A DNA stretch of 64,000 nucleotides from an uncultured Chloroflexia bacterium (lineage in GTDB: Bacteria > Chloroflexota > Anaerolineae > Anaerolineales > UBA4823). The stretch is taken from positions 581,426 through 645,425 of the forward strand of contig CAVZGO010000003.1 of assembly GCA_963774935.1 (NCBI GenBank), in the 5' to 3' direction. A program made the translations under genes and the position numbers. Numbering within the stretch: the first letter of the stretch is position 1; every line of letters begins with the position of its first letter. Of the stretch, positions 9,714 through 19,980 are shown in pieces. The notes beneath the pieces were generated by a model. It worked only from the letters and a program-made list of their open reading frames with translations, did no database searches and had not been told where the DNA came from.

Positions 9714-10734
9714 ATGACAACCGAAACCATCATCATTGGATTGGCGGGAGTGTTGGCTGCTGCAGCACCTGTCATATTTGCTACCATCGGGGAAACGCTA
9801 TCTGAACGAGCTGGAGTAATCAACCTGTCCCTGAATGGCACCATATTGTTAGCTGCAATGAGCGGTTTTGCTGTGGCTGTGAAAACGGAGGACCTGCAAT
9901 TGGGCAGCATCAGCCTGTTATTGGGCTGCCTCACCGGTATGCTGGTAGGTGCACTGGTTGCCCTGGTGGTAGCTTTCGCCAGCATCACCCTGCACCAATC
10001 ACAGGTAGCTGTGGGCTTCGTCCTGGCATTGATGTGTCGCGACCTGGCATATTTCCTCGGCAATCCGATCATGGGTCTCGCCGGCCCACGCATTCCATCC
10101 TTCGCAATTCCTGGCCTGAGTCAAATACCGATCATTGGACCCTCTCCTGTTTCGCCAGGATATCTTAACTTATCTGAGCTATCTGGTTATCATCGCAGCC
10201 TGGGTGTGGATCTTTCGCACACGCGGTGGTCTGATTCTCCAGGGCATCGGGGAACGACCAGCAGCATCTTTCGTGCGAGGCGTCAATGTCAACCGCATGC
10301 GCTATTTTTATACCATCCTCGGAGGTGCACTGGCTGGTTTAGCAGGTCCTGTATACTCATTAAGCGTTAAAGCCGGCTGGAAAGGCACAATTTCAGGTTT
10401 GGATGGTATCGGTTGGATCGCGCTGGCCATCACCATCTTCGGGGGCTGGAATCCACTCCGCGCCGCCTTTGGCGCTTACCTGTTTGCGCTGTTACAATGG
10501 CTCGGTTTGGTTTTGCAACCCAGCTTACCAGGCATACCCTCTCAGGTATTACAGGTGGCGCCATTTCCGTTGATGATCCTGGCTTTACTGCTGGTGAATA
10601 TAGGCAACACCGAATGGATCGAGCGAATTCTGGCACAATTGCCAGATTCGACCCGCAGGTTGATCGGACGCATACTGCGCGCTTTGCGAGCAGCTCCACC
10701 CGCCTCCCTGGGCATACCGTTCGAACAAGAATAA
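9714..10734 (+). pseudogene. ABC transporter permease (transporter 2), frameshifted
   Basis: ATG 9714 with GAGGTG RBS. Frame 0 reads ...GLSQIPIIGP and then degenerates. Frame +1 (ORF 10135..10734) continues PLLFRQDILTYLSYLVIIAAWVWIF...GGWNP, colinear with paralog 1979..2914. The break is at the CCC run 10140..10142, an apparent extra C. Confidence 0.8.
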
Positions 10735-10792
10735 ATCGGAAGTACCGAATGTTTCATCTCAATGCATTATAGAAACGGATGGTTATAAAATA

Positions 10793-12043
10793 ATGGAAAA
10801 CAGACCTGTCGGGTATCGCTGCTCTTTATGCAGCAAAGAGTATTCTTTGGAGCAAGTCCAATACACCTGCCCTATCGATGGCGGCAACCTGGATGTGTTG
10901 CTAGATACGACCTCCATTCAGAAAAATTACACACCACAAGATATCCTCAGCCGGTCCGAGCCTTCACTCTGGCGCTATTTGCCTCTTCTCCCGGTGAGCG
11001 ATCCGGGCGGATTACACACCCCGCTGCGCGCGGCTGGCTATACACCCATGTTTTCTCCTCCATTACTGAAAACCAACACCGGTCTTAACAACCTATGGAT
11101 CAAGGATGAAAGCCGCAACCCAACAGCCTCTTTCAAAGACCGAGCCAGCGCTGTTGTTGTCGCCAGGGCAATCGAAATTGGCGCCGATGTCATCGTAACC
11201 GCATCCACAGGCAACGCTGGAGCGGCGTTAGCCGGTATGTCTGCTGCAGTTGGTCAAAAAGCCGTCATCTTTGCACCAAAGACCGCACCGCCTGCAAAGG
11301 TGGCTCAATTATTGGTTTTTGGCGCCCAGGTTTTATTGGTCGATGGCACTTATGATGATGCCTTCGACCTGACTATCCTGGCAGCGCAAGAGTTCGGCTG
11401 GTATTGCCGGAACACTGGCTACAATCCATTTACAGCCGAAGGCAAGAAAACCGCTGCATTCGAAATCTGGGAATGGCTGCTGCTCAACCAACCGGAAATT
11501 CTGCATAATCCATTTCACCTGTTCGTCTCGGTTGGTGATGGAAACATCATCTCAGGGATCCATAAAGGCTTTAAAGATCTGGCAGCTTTGGGGTGGCTGG
11601 AAACGATGCCTTGTATTTATGGAGTCCAGGCTGAAGGATCTGCTGCCATCGCCAACGCATTCATGGCAGGGAATGAAAAAATCGTACCTGTCTCCGCTTC
11701 TACACTGGCAGATAGTATTTCTGTAGACCTGCCTCGAGACGGTGTGCGGGCAGTGCGTGCAGCCACTGAGACAGGTGGAAAATACATCCTGGTCAGCGAT
11801 CAGGAAATTCTGGCAGCTATCCCTGAGTTAGGACGGGCAGGTATCTTTGCAGAGCCGGCTGGCGCAACAGCCTATGCTGGATTAAAGAAAGCCCTCGCAT
11901 CCGGACTGGTATCACCATCCGATCCGGTGGTCGTCATCAATACTGGCAGTGGCTTAAAGGATGTCAAGGCAGCCATGCAATCCGTCGCAGCAGCCCCCAT
12001 CATCGAGCCTCGCCTTGAGGCTGTAAAGAAGATGATAAAATAG
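10793..12043 (+). CDS. thrC: Threonine synthase
   Basis: 416 aa. N-terminal zinc-ribbon-like CSLCSKEY...YTCP, PLP-lysine motif TASFKDRAS, and a glycine-rich loop SVGDGN. Confidence 0.85.
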   Translation: MENRPVGYRCSLCSKEYSLEQVQYTCPIDGGNLDVLLDTTSIQKNYTPQDILSRSEPSLWRYLPLLPVSDPGGLHTPLRAAGYTPMFSPPLLKTNTGLNNLWIKDESRNPTASFKDRASAVVVARAIEIGADVIVTASTGNAGAALAGMSAAVGQKAVIFAPKTAPPAKVAQLLVFGAQVLLVDGTYDDAFDLTILAAQEFGWYCRNTGYNPFTAEGKKTAAFEIWEWLLLNQPEILHNPFHLFVSVGDGNIISGIHKGFKDLAALGWLETMPCIYGVQAEGSAAIANAFMAGNEKIVPVSASTLADSISVDLPRDGVRAVRAATETGGKYILVSDQEILAAIPELGRAGIFAEPAGATAYAGLKKALASGLVSPSDPVVVINTGSGLKDVKAAMQSVAAAPIIEPRLEAVKKMIK

Positions 12044-12053
12044 AATTTCGCAT

Positions 12054-13037
12054 ATGGTTACACTTTCAATAATCGCCCCAAACTTCAACGAAGCAGCCAC
12101 CATTCCGGAGTTTTACCGAAGGGTCTGCCAGGTAATGGCTGGCTTGGATGTAAGTTGGGAGCTGATTTATGTGGATGATGGCTCATCGGATAACTCCGCT
12201 GAACTGATCCGAGACCTGGCATCCAAAGACAATCATGTCGTGCCAGTGATATTCGCGCGAAACTTTGGTCACCAGCTTGCCGTGACCGCTGGGCTCGATT
12301 ACAGCCGCGGTGAGGCAGCCGTTATCATTGATTCAGATTTGCAAGACCCCCCCGAGGTCATCCCTGACCTGGTCGCTCGCTGGGAGGAAGGCTATGAAGT
12401 AGTCTACGCAGTGCGAGCCGAACGCGAGGGGGAAAGCTGGTTTAAGCTGGCGACTGCATCACTATTTTACAGGTTGATTTACCGCATTACAGATGTAAAC
12501 ATCCCATTGGATACAGGTGACTTCCGCCTACTTGATCGCAAAGTTGTCAATGTAATCAATCAGATGCGCGAGCGCCACCGCTTCTTGCGGGGAATGTCCG
12601 TTTGGGTAGGCTTTCGACAAATCGGTGTGCCATACAAGCGCGCTGCCAGGTTCGCAGGAGAGACTAAATACCCTTTAAAGAAGATGGTGAAATTTGCCAG
12701 TGATGCCATTACTGGCTTCTCATACTTCCCGCTCCAAATGGCGACCTACCTCGGTTTTATATCAGCGTGCTTAAGCATCCTGGCGATACCCATTGTCATT
12801 GGCATCCGCATCTGGGGAACTCACGAACCTCTCCTTGGCCAGGCAACCACACTCATCGCCGTCCTATTTTTGGGAGGTGTGCAATTAATCTCTCTAGGAA
12901 TCCTTGGCGAGTATATCGGCCGGTTATACGATGAAGCCAAAGGCCGACCTTTGTACATTGTCCGTGAAGCACCAGATTTGAATTCAACTACACCCAACAG
13001 GAGTATACAGACAAATGAAAATCGACTTGACCATTGA
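12054..13037 (+). CDS. Family 2 glycosyltransferase, polyprenyl-phosphate sugar synthase type (DPM1/GtrB-like)
   Basis: 327 aa. N-terminal GT-A domain with VDDGSSD and DSDLQDP (DxD), and two C-terminal TM helices typical of GtrB/Ppm-like enzymes. Confidence 0.85.
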   Translation: MVTLSIIAPNFNEAATIPEFYRRVCQVMAGLDVSWELIYVDDGSSDNSAELIRDLASKDNHVVPVIFARNFGHQLAVTAGLDYSRGEAAVIIDSDLQDPPEVIPDLVARWEEGYEVVYAVRAEREGESWFKLATASLFYRLIYRITDVNIPLDTGDFRLLDRKVVNVINQMRERHRFLRGMSVWVGFRQIGVPYKRAARFAGETKYPLKKMVKFASDAITGFSYFPLQMATYLGFISACLSILAIPIVIGIRIWGTHEPLLGQATTLIAVLFLGGVQLISLGILGEYIGRLYDEAKGRPLYIVREAPDLNSTTPNRSIQTNENRLDH

Positions 13038-14478
13038 TCATACCAGGCAAAAGCAAGCTGTCCGCCGCATGCGCGAGCAGAACATAATCATCCCCACATT
13101 CGCTCAAATGCGAAATCCCGGTCTCGTATCTCCGGATATCAAGAACGAACTAGGAAAAATCGGCCTGTGGGACGTGAACCCTCGCAACCTATTTCGAATA
13201 ACCTGGAAGAATGAACCTGTAGCTTCAGGCGGAGGATACAAAAACGTCAATTATTTGGAGCTGCCATCGAGCTTAACCGGCACCCCAGCCCGCATAGTTG
13301 TCATGGTCGGTAAATGGTTCCCAACCGGAGCCCACAAAGTCGGTGCTGCATTTGGCTGTCTGGTACCAAGATTAGTTACCGGGCAGTTTGACCCATCAGC
13401 TCAAAAAGCTGTCTGGCCTTCGACAGGGAATTATTGCCGTGGTGGGGCTTACGATTCTGCCCTCATGGGTTGCCAGTCGATTGCCATCTTGCCTGAAGGC
13501 ATGAGCCGGGAGCGCTTCGAATGGCTGTCGCGCATTGCTGGGGAGGTCATCGCCACCCCTGGAAGTGAATCAAATGTAAAAGAAATTTTTGATAAATGCT
13601 GGGAATTACGCCGCTCCGGGCAAGACCTGATGATCTTCAATCAATTCGAAGAGTTCGGAAATTACCTGTGGCATTACAATGTGACCGGGCACGCCATGCA
13701 AGAAGTCCTCGAAATGGTGATGGGACCACGTGACGAATATCGCGGCATGGCATCAGCAACCGGATCCGCGGGAACGATTGCTAGTGGCGACTATATGAAG
13801 CAGCTCTTTCCAGCCAGCAAAATTGTCGCCAGTGAAGCCTTGCAATGTCCCACCTTGCTGGAGAACGGGTTTGGTGCTCATCGCATCGAAGGCATCGGCG
13901 ATAAACACGTCCCCTGGATTCATAATGTCAAGAATACGGATGTCGTAGTCGCCATCGATGATGCCGCGGTAGTCAATCTGGCTCGTCTCTTCAATGAGCC
14001 CGCCGGGCGAGCTTACCTGGTTCAGCAAGGCGTCCCGGAATCGATTGTCAGCCAGCTAGATCTTTTTGGCTTTTCCGGAATTTCTAACATGCTGTCGGCG
14101 ATCAAATTTGCTAAATATTATGAGTTGGGAGAGCACGATATCGTCCTGACAATCTTAACCGACTCGATGGAGCTATACGCAAGCCGCCTGATCGAGATGC
14201 ATGAGGAGTTCGGTCAATACCGTGAGGTAGACGCAGCCGCTCACTATGCGCACTACCTGCAAGGTCAGTCCACGGACAATTTGCTCGAGCTCACTTATGC
14301 TGACCGCCGGCGTGTTCATAATCTAAAGTACTTCACCTGGGTCGAGCAGCAAGGTCGTACCTATGATGAAATCCAGGCTCAATGGTACGATCGAGATTAT
14401 TGGACAGGTGTACAGGATCAGGTCAATGAGATTGATGCATTAATTGTTGAGTTCAACAATCAGGTGGGATTAGTCTGA
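13015..14478 (+). CDS. PLP-dependent enzyme of the Trp-synthase-beta (PALP) fold with long C-terminal extension; specific reaction unknown
   Basis: 487 aa. Candidate PLP lysine in PTGAHKVGAAFG, a GSAGT loop, and cysteine-synthase-like core order. Overlaps the GT2 gene by 23 nt. Confidence 0.65.
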   Translation: MKIDLTIDHTRQKQAVRRMREQNIIIPTFAQMRNPGLVSPDIKNELGKIGLWDVNPRNLFRITWKNEPVASGGGYKNVNYLELPSSLTGTPARIVVMVGKWFPTGAHKVGAAFGCLVPRLVTGQFDPSAQKAVWPSTGNYCRGGAYDSALMGCQSIAILPEGMSRERFEWLSRIAGEVIATPGSESNVKEIFDKCWELRRSGQDLMIFNQFEEFGNYLWHYNVTGHAMQEVLEMVMGPRDEYRGMASATGSAGTIASGDYMKQLFPASKIVASEALQCPTLLENGFGAHRIEGIGDKHVPWIHNVKNTDVVVAIDDAAVVNLARLFNEPAGRAYLVQQGVPESIVSQLDLFGFSGISNMLSAIKFAKYYELGEHDIVLTILTDSMELYASRLIEMHEEFGQYREVDAAAHYAHYLQGQSTDNLLELTYADRRRVHNLKYFTWVEQQGRTYDEIQAQWYDRDYWTGVQDQVNEIDALIVEFNNQVGLV

Positions 14479-14545
14479 TTTGACCAGCTGACACGAACGA
14501 TAATTTTGACCAATTAGGCATCTATTTGCTTTGAGTTCACAGAAA

Positions 14546-14586
14546 ACTGGTGTTGGATACTGGCTCTGCCAGGCTCCAACACCAGT
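14546..14586 (+). terminator. Long stem-loop downstream of PLP-enzyme gene (terminator-like)
   Basis: 12-bp outer stem actggtgttgga (14546..14557) / tccaacaccagt (14575..14586) enclosing an inner ctggc/gccag stem. The tail is A/T-rich rather than a clean U-run. Confidence 0.55.
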
Positions 14587-14610
14587 AAATTATTTATCCA
14601 AAGATTGGGT

Positions 14611-14639
14611 TTCACAAAACCCCTATTACAACATAGAAT
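14611..14639 (+). promoter_or_regulatory. Sigma-70-like promoter driving a leaderless SNF2 transcript
   Basis: TTCACA (14611..14616), 17-nt spacer, TAGAAT (14634..14639). The A of the ATG (14646) lies 7 nt after the -10 box, and no Shine-Dalgarno is present. Confidence 0.5.
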
Positions 14640-14645
14640 TATTAT

Positions 14646-17600
14646 ATGCCTCGTTTAACAGTTGAGATACTCAGTGATGACAGGCTGAGTAAAGCGGTAG
14701 ATATAGAAATTTTCCAGCAAGGGAAAATACTTCATCAATTGGGGCGTGCCAAGGTGGTGGAGCTGGCAGATCCACGCGCTCTCTGTCAGGTGCATGACCG
14801 ACATCCTTATAAAGTTGAAATCAAAGTCGCAAACAATTATTTATATTTAAAATGCGAGTGCCGTTATGCCATTCGAGGGCTCATTTGCGAGCACGAAATT
14901 GCCGCCTGCCTGGCTATCCGAGACAGGCTGCAACAAAATCTCCCTCCAACCTGGAGAGCTCAAGTCAGCCGCATATTAGATGCTACCCAAAGCAGCCCAA
15001 AGTCGCCTGCTGTAAACCGGTATTGGCTGTTCTTCAGCCTTCAAGAAGCCACTTTCACGAACACCTCTTTCTGGCGGATTAATGCCCACATACTACCTGT
15101 GAATGTTTTACGGAGAGCAGGTTTCGATGGCGACATCCACAACTTGTCCGAGGTGCAATCCTTCATCGCCGCACAGCCACACGTAGGAAGCCAGCTTCGA
15201 ACGCCATATCATTCGTTGAATCCCGAAGGCTGTCTGAATAATTCACTCGAAACCGTTATGTTGAGCAACCTGTTGCTTGAACGGACTCGCACATTATCAT
15301 CATTCAGCTCCACTTTTCCTATAGATGATTACTTATCCTTAATAGCCCGTTCAGGTAGCCCTATTTACCTGAATAGTGCTGGAAGTCCACTCGGGACACC
15401 ACTCTTTGTTTCCAAGGACCCTGCAGAAATAACCTTGAATTTCTCTCAGGATTCGCGAGGTGTATTGATAAAAGGCAGCCTTGATCTTGAAGGGCAAACC
15501 ATCCATTTAGGAAATATTAATAGCCAGAAAGCCCAACCGGTAATATCAATATCTCCGATTTGGTACCTTGTTGATAACCAACTTTTTCAGCTTGATAATC
15601 CTGAACACAGCGATCTATTCAGATCCCTATTGTCGGTTGCTGAAATCATCATTCCACCCAAGGATGAAACAGCATTCCTGGAGCGATATTTTGTTCAGCT
15701 AGCGACCCGATTCACCATTTCAGGAGATTTCCTCAGGTGGGAAACTATCGACACAACTCCGAGTTTGAGACTTTACCTCTGCGAGTCCAACGCAGGTATT
15801 CAAGCAGAATTACGTTTTGGTTACGCTGAAATCGAAATTCCGTATGATCCATCGTATCCTGTAGAGACTATTCACCTTACCGATGAACCCTGGCTCTTTG
15901 CCAGGGTGAGACGCCTGCCAGAAGTTGAGAGTCAAGCCTATGATCAACTCACAACGCCCAGTTATGGATTGAAGAAATCACCATTGGCGCCCAGACCAGG
16001 CGTCTTAAGTTTACGTGCCCGCATCCATCCGGTCGATTTTCTACTGCATAAAATTCCCCATCTCATTGCCGATGGTTACGAAGTCTATGGTGAAGAACAG
16101 CTTAAGACTGCACGGGTGAACCGTAATACGCCAACAATATCCTTTTCGGTTTCATCCGGCATAGATTGGTTTGACGTTCATACGGTTGTCAACTTTGGCG
16201 ACCTGGCTGTCAGTCTTAAAGAAATTCGACAATCCTTACGCAAACACGAACGATATGTAAAGCTCTCAGACGGTACAATTGGTGAGTTACCCGCGGAATG
16301 GACGGATCGTTACCGGCAACTTTTTAATTTTGGTGAAGAGAAAGGGGATTCGCTCCGTTTCTCTCGCCACCATTTAAGCCTGATTGACGAGGCATTATCA
16401 CCCGCTGAGCAGCAATCAACGGATAGCCAGTATCAACTATATCGGCAGCGATTATTAAACTTCGATGGAATAAATCAAAAAGAGCTTCCAAGATTATTCG
16501 TCGGAGATCTAAGGCCGTACCAGAGAGCTGGTTATGACTGGCTGCATTTTTTGCATGAATATGAGTTCAGTGGTTGTCTGGCAGATGATATGGGACTCGG
16601 CAAGACTATCCAGGTGCTGGCTTTCCTTCAGTCAATCAAGGAAGGAATTGGTGTACAGAATCATGATAATGCTGGGGATGGATCACAGCATCATAAGATA
16701 CTTCCTCATACCAGCCTGATTGTGGTTCCGCGCTCTCTTCTGGTCAATTGGCAGCGCGAAGCTGAACGGTTCACGCCTCAGTTACGTATCTTAGAATATT
16801 TCGAAGGCGACCGCATAAGAGACACTTCGCTCTTCGATCAATATGACCTCGTTATCACTACATACGGTGTGATGCTGCGAGATATATCATTTCTGCGGAA
16901 ATATCAATTTCACATCATTATCCTGGATGAATCACAAGCGATCAAGAATCCAGCCTCTCAAACCGCACGAGCAGCGCGGTTGTTGCATTCGCGTCATCGC
17001 TTAGCACTTTCAGGCACTCCAGTAGAAAACTCTACATTGGAGCTTTGGTCACAGTTTGCATATCTTATCCCAGGCTTACTCGGAAACCTGGAATTTTTCA
17101 AGAATGAATTCAGCATCCCCATTGAGAAGAAAGCAGACAAACAGGCTGTTGTAAATTTAAGACGCCTTGTTTATCCATTTATCTTACGGCGGACCAAAGA
17201 CCAGGTAGCGCCCGAGCTGCCTCCTCGAACAGAACGAATTTTATATTGTGATATGGAGCCGGCTCAGCGTAAGCTTTACAACAAGATGCGTGATTATTAT
17301 CGTGGTTATGTCTTAGGAATGATCGATACAGAAGGTCTGAACAACTCTCGGCTTAGATATCTTGGAAGGTCTATTGCGACTCCGGCAGATTTCCAATCAT
17401 CCTCGTCTGGTGGACGAAAAATTCCAGGGGGAGTCTGGCAAGTTTGAGCTGTTATTAGACACACTTCAGACACTTCATTCAGAAAATCACAAAGCGCTTG
17501 TATTTTCCCAATTCGTGCAGATGCTCCGACTGGTTCGCGAGGGCATGGATCATCTAGCGCTCCCTTACCTCTATCTGGATGGTAAAACTCGCAACCGGAT

Positions 17601-17940
17601 GGAGATCGTTGATCAATTTCAAATTGATAAATCCATCCCCTTCTTTCTCATCAGTTTGAAGGCTGGGGGACAGGGATTGAATTTGACTGCAGCAGATTAC
17701 GTAATCCATATCGACCCCTGGTGGAATCCAGCAGTAGAGATGCAGGCGAGTGACCGCACCCATCGCATTGGACAATTCAAACCTGTAATTATTTTTAAGC
17801 TGATTACACGCGACACGGTTGAAGAAAAAATATTATTACTCCAGGAACGAAAACGGAATATCGTTGACCAGATCATCACGACCGAAAGCTCGTTTTTCAA
17901 GGCACTGACCGAGGAAGATATTCAGATGCTGTTCACTTAG
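14646..17940 (+). pseudogene. SWIM zinc-finger SNF2-family helicase, frameshifted
   Basis: SWIM CxC...CxH (CECRYAIRGLICEHE). Helicase motifs DDMGLGKT, DESQAIKN, LSGTPVEN. The C-terminal ORF 17362..17940 carries LRLRQISNHP and QASDRTHRIGQ. The frame changes by +1 within 17350..17356 (...GLNNSRL / DILEGLLRLRQ). Confidence 0.85.
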
Positions 17941-17953
17941 TGGTAAACTCATA

Positions 17954-18511
17954 ATGATGACATTACCCGTCGATGAATCGCTCATCCTGGTCGTAGTCAT
18001 GAATAATCTACGCGATATGGAAATCGCGCGGCTATTAGGCTGGTATCGAATACCACTCAGATCAGCCCCCAAGGTTATTTCTGTTGATTATCTGGCTTTT
18101 TATCAGACTGCCAATTTCAAAGACGAAAAATGGCGCATCCGCTACATCGCACCGGTAAAAGGGTACGAGCTTACTACTCGTATAGAACTCCTGCGCGATG
18201 AGCCGGATCATCCTCGCGCCCATCATGAGTACTATAAGATCCAACTGGGGGCGCTTGAGGGCTTAGAAAACCCTATTCTGGCAGAAGGCTGGCGTAGGCT
18301 AACCTTTTTATACACGACAGGAGCACGGATATTATCCGCAAAGGTAATTCAAGATTTGGTAGTGGATCCTGAAGAACGCCCGATCTTATGGCAGGCATTG
18401 CGCGACCGCGCCTCCAAATCACAAGCCTATCATGCTGAATCACTTGAGCCCCTGCCTTTCGACCCGGAATTACTAGCAACTTTCCTCGGAATAAGCAATT
18501 TAAAGAAATAA
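17954..18511 (+). CDS. Conserved hypothetical protein (function unknown)
   Basis: 185-aa ORF starting 13 nt after the SNF2 stop. Soluble, with motifs GWYRIP, DYLAFYQT, RLTFLYTTG. I cannot place it in a named family. Confidence 0.5.
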   Translation: MMTLPVDESLILVVVMNNLRDMEIARLLGWYRIPLRSAPKVISVDYLAFYQTANFKDEKWRIRYIAPVKGYELTTRIELLRDEPDHPRAHHEYYKIQLGALEGLENPILAEGWRRLTFLYTTGARILSAKVIQDLVVDPEERPILWQALRDRASKSQAYHAESLEPLPFDPELLATFLGISNLKK

Positions 18512-18557
18512 CCTTTAAGGGATGCATCATTCCGAATAAAAACCGGAGGTTTCTGAC

Positions 18558-19976
18558 ATGGCGATACTGATCAAGTCCGGAACAATCATTACCGATACAC
18601 AAACCTACATGGCTGACATACTGGTAGAAGACGGAGTCATAAAGGACATCGGAGCAAACCTCAGTTCTCCTTCCAGTCAGGTGGTTGATGCAACCGGAAA
18701 ATTAATATTACCGGGAGGCGTAGACCCCCATACCCATTTCGACCTGCCGATGTTTGGAACAGTCAGCTCTGACGATCATTACACCGGGCATAAGGCAGCT
18801 GCTTTCGGCGGCACAACAACCGTAATTGATTTTGTGTCTCAGGATTTACCAGGCTTATCCGATTGCGTACTTGCCTGGCATGCCAAGGCAGATGCCAAAG
18901 CGGTGGTTGATTTCGGCTTTCATATGAACATCACCCACCTGGATGATCGAGTAAAAAACGAAATCCCTCTGCTTCCAGAGATGGGCATTCCAAGTGTAAA
19001 AGTTTTTACTGCATATAACAATCGCCTCCGCCTCTCCGATGGTGAAATTTTTCAGGTATTACGAATAGCTCGTGATGCTGGGATGTTGACCCTGATCCAC
19101 GCAGAAAATGGTGATGTGATCGATATCCTCATCGAAGAAGCTCTCGCTGCAGGTCATACCAGCCCAGAATGGCATGCGCAGACCCGCCCCAGTTGGGGAG
19201 CTGTCGAGGCAACTTTACGCGGTGCTGCCCTGGCAGCTCAGGCAGACGCGCCGATTTACATCGTCCACATGAATGCAGCCGGCGAAGTTGATCAATTGGA
19301 TTATGCTCGTCGCCAGGGATTGAAAGTCATGGGAGAGACCTGCCCGCAGTATCTATTCTTTACAGAAGATGACCTGCGCAGGCAAGATGGTGCAAAATGG
19401 ATTTGTTCGCCTCCCATGCGTACAAAAATCGATAATGACAGGTTGTGGCGGGGTCTATCAGAAGGTACTATCCAGGTAATCGGAACTGATCATTGTCCTT
19501 TCTTTTTCGATGGCACGAAGTCGATTATTTATGAAGGGAAACCGGTGAGCATACCGGGTAAAGAGCTTGGTGTAGATGATTTCACCAAAATCCCCAACGG
19601 CTTACCATGTGTAGGTGACAGGTTGCCGGTTTTATGGACATACGGCGTTGGTAGCGGAAAAATTACCCCTAACCAGTTTGTCTCACTAACCTCCACCAAC
19701 CCGGCGAAAATTTTCGGTCTCTATCCTCAAAAAGGCTGCCTTGCTCCTGGTTCAGATGCTGATCTTGTGATTTGGGACCCTGACCGCCGATTGACCTACG
19801 GTATTGCCTATGCCCAGCACAGAACTGACTACAATTTATTTGAAGGTTGGGATTTGATTGGTTTCCCTGACCAGGTCTATCTTCGCGGTCAGTTGATTGT
19901 AGACCGTGGGAATTGGCTAGGTCGACCGGGTATGGGTCGATACATTCACCGGCAGACGAACGCAGTTCTGCTATAA
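18558..19976 (+). CDS. Dihydropyrimidinase / D-hydantoinase (cyclic amidohydrolase)
   Basis: 472 aa. Metal ligands DPHTHF, carboxylated-Lys context SVKVFTAY, HAENGD, GTDHCPF. GGAGG RBS. Confidence 0.85.
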   Translation: MAILIKSGTIITDTQTYMADILVEDGVIKDIGANLSSPSSQVVDATGKLILPGGVDPHTHFDLPMFGTVSSDDHYTGHKAAAFGGTTTVIDFVSQDLPGLSDCVLAWHAKADAKAVVDFGFHMNITHLDDRVKNEIPLLPEMGIPSVKVFTAYNNRLRLSDGEIFQVLRIARDAGMLTLIHAENGDVIDILIEEALAAGHTSPEWHAQTRPSWGAVEATLRGAALAAQADAPIYIVHMNAAGEVDQLDYARRQGLKVMGETCPQYLFFTEDDLRRQDGAKWICSPPMRTKIDNDRLWRGLSEGTIQVIGTDHCPFFFDGTKSIIYEGKPVSIPGKELGVDDFTKIPNGLPCVGDRLPVLWTYGVGSGKITPNQFVSLTSTNPAKIFGLYPQKGCLAPGSDADLVIWDPDRRLTYGIAYAQHRTDYNLFEGWDLIGFPDQVYLRGQLIVDRGNWLGRPGMGRYIHRQTNAVLL

Positions 19977-19980
19977 GCAA

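Noticed and set aside
10413-10772. Alternative-frame ORFs within permease and membrane genes (also 21549-22103 and 9403-9717)
   Set aside because: They overlap better-supported hydrophobic reading frames, and their products are Arg/His/Cys-rich nonsense typical of off-frame translation.
14606-14622. parS-like half site GTTTCAC within gggtttcacaaaaccc
   Set aside because: Only half of the 16-bp palindrome is present. It forms a small hairpin and overlaps the -35 of the SNF2 promoter.
17350-17447. Programmed ribosomal frameshift in the SNF2 gene, and likewise at the other break points
   Set aside because: No slippery heptamer or downstream pseudoknot is apparent. The sites are heterogeneous in both direction and context, which is consistent with random indels.
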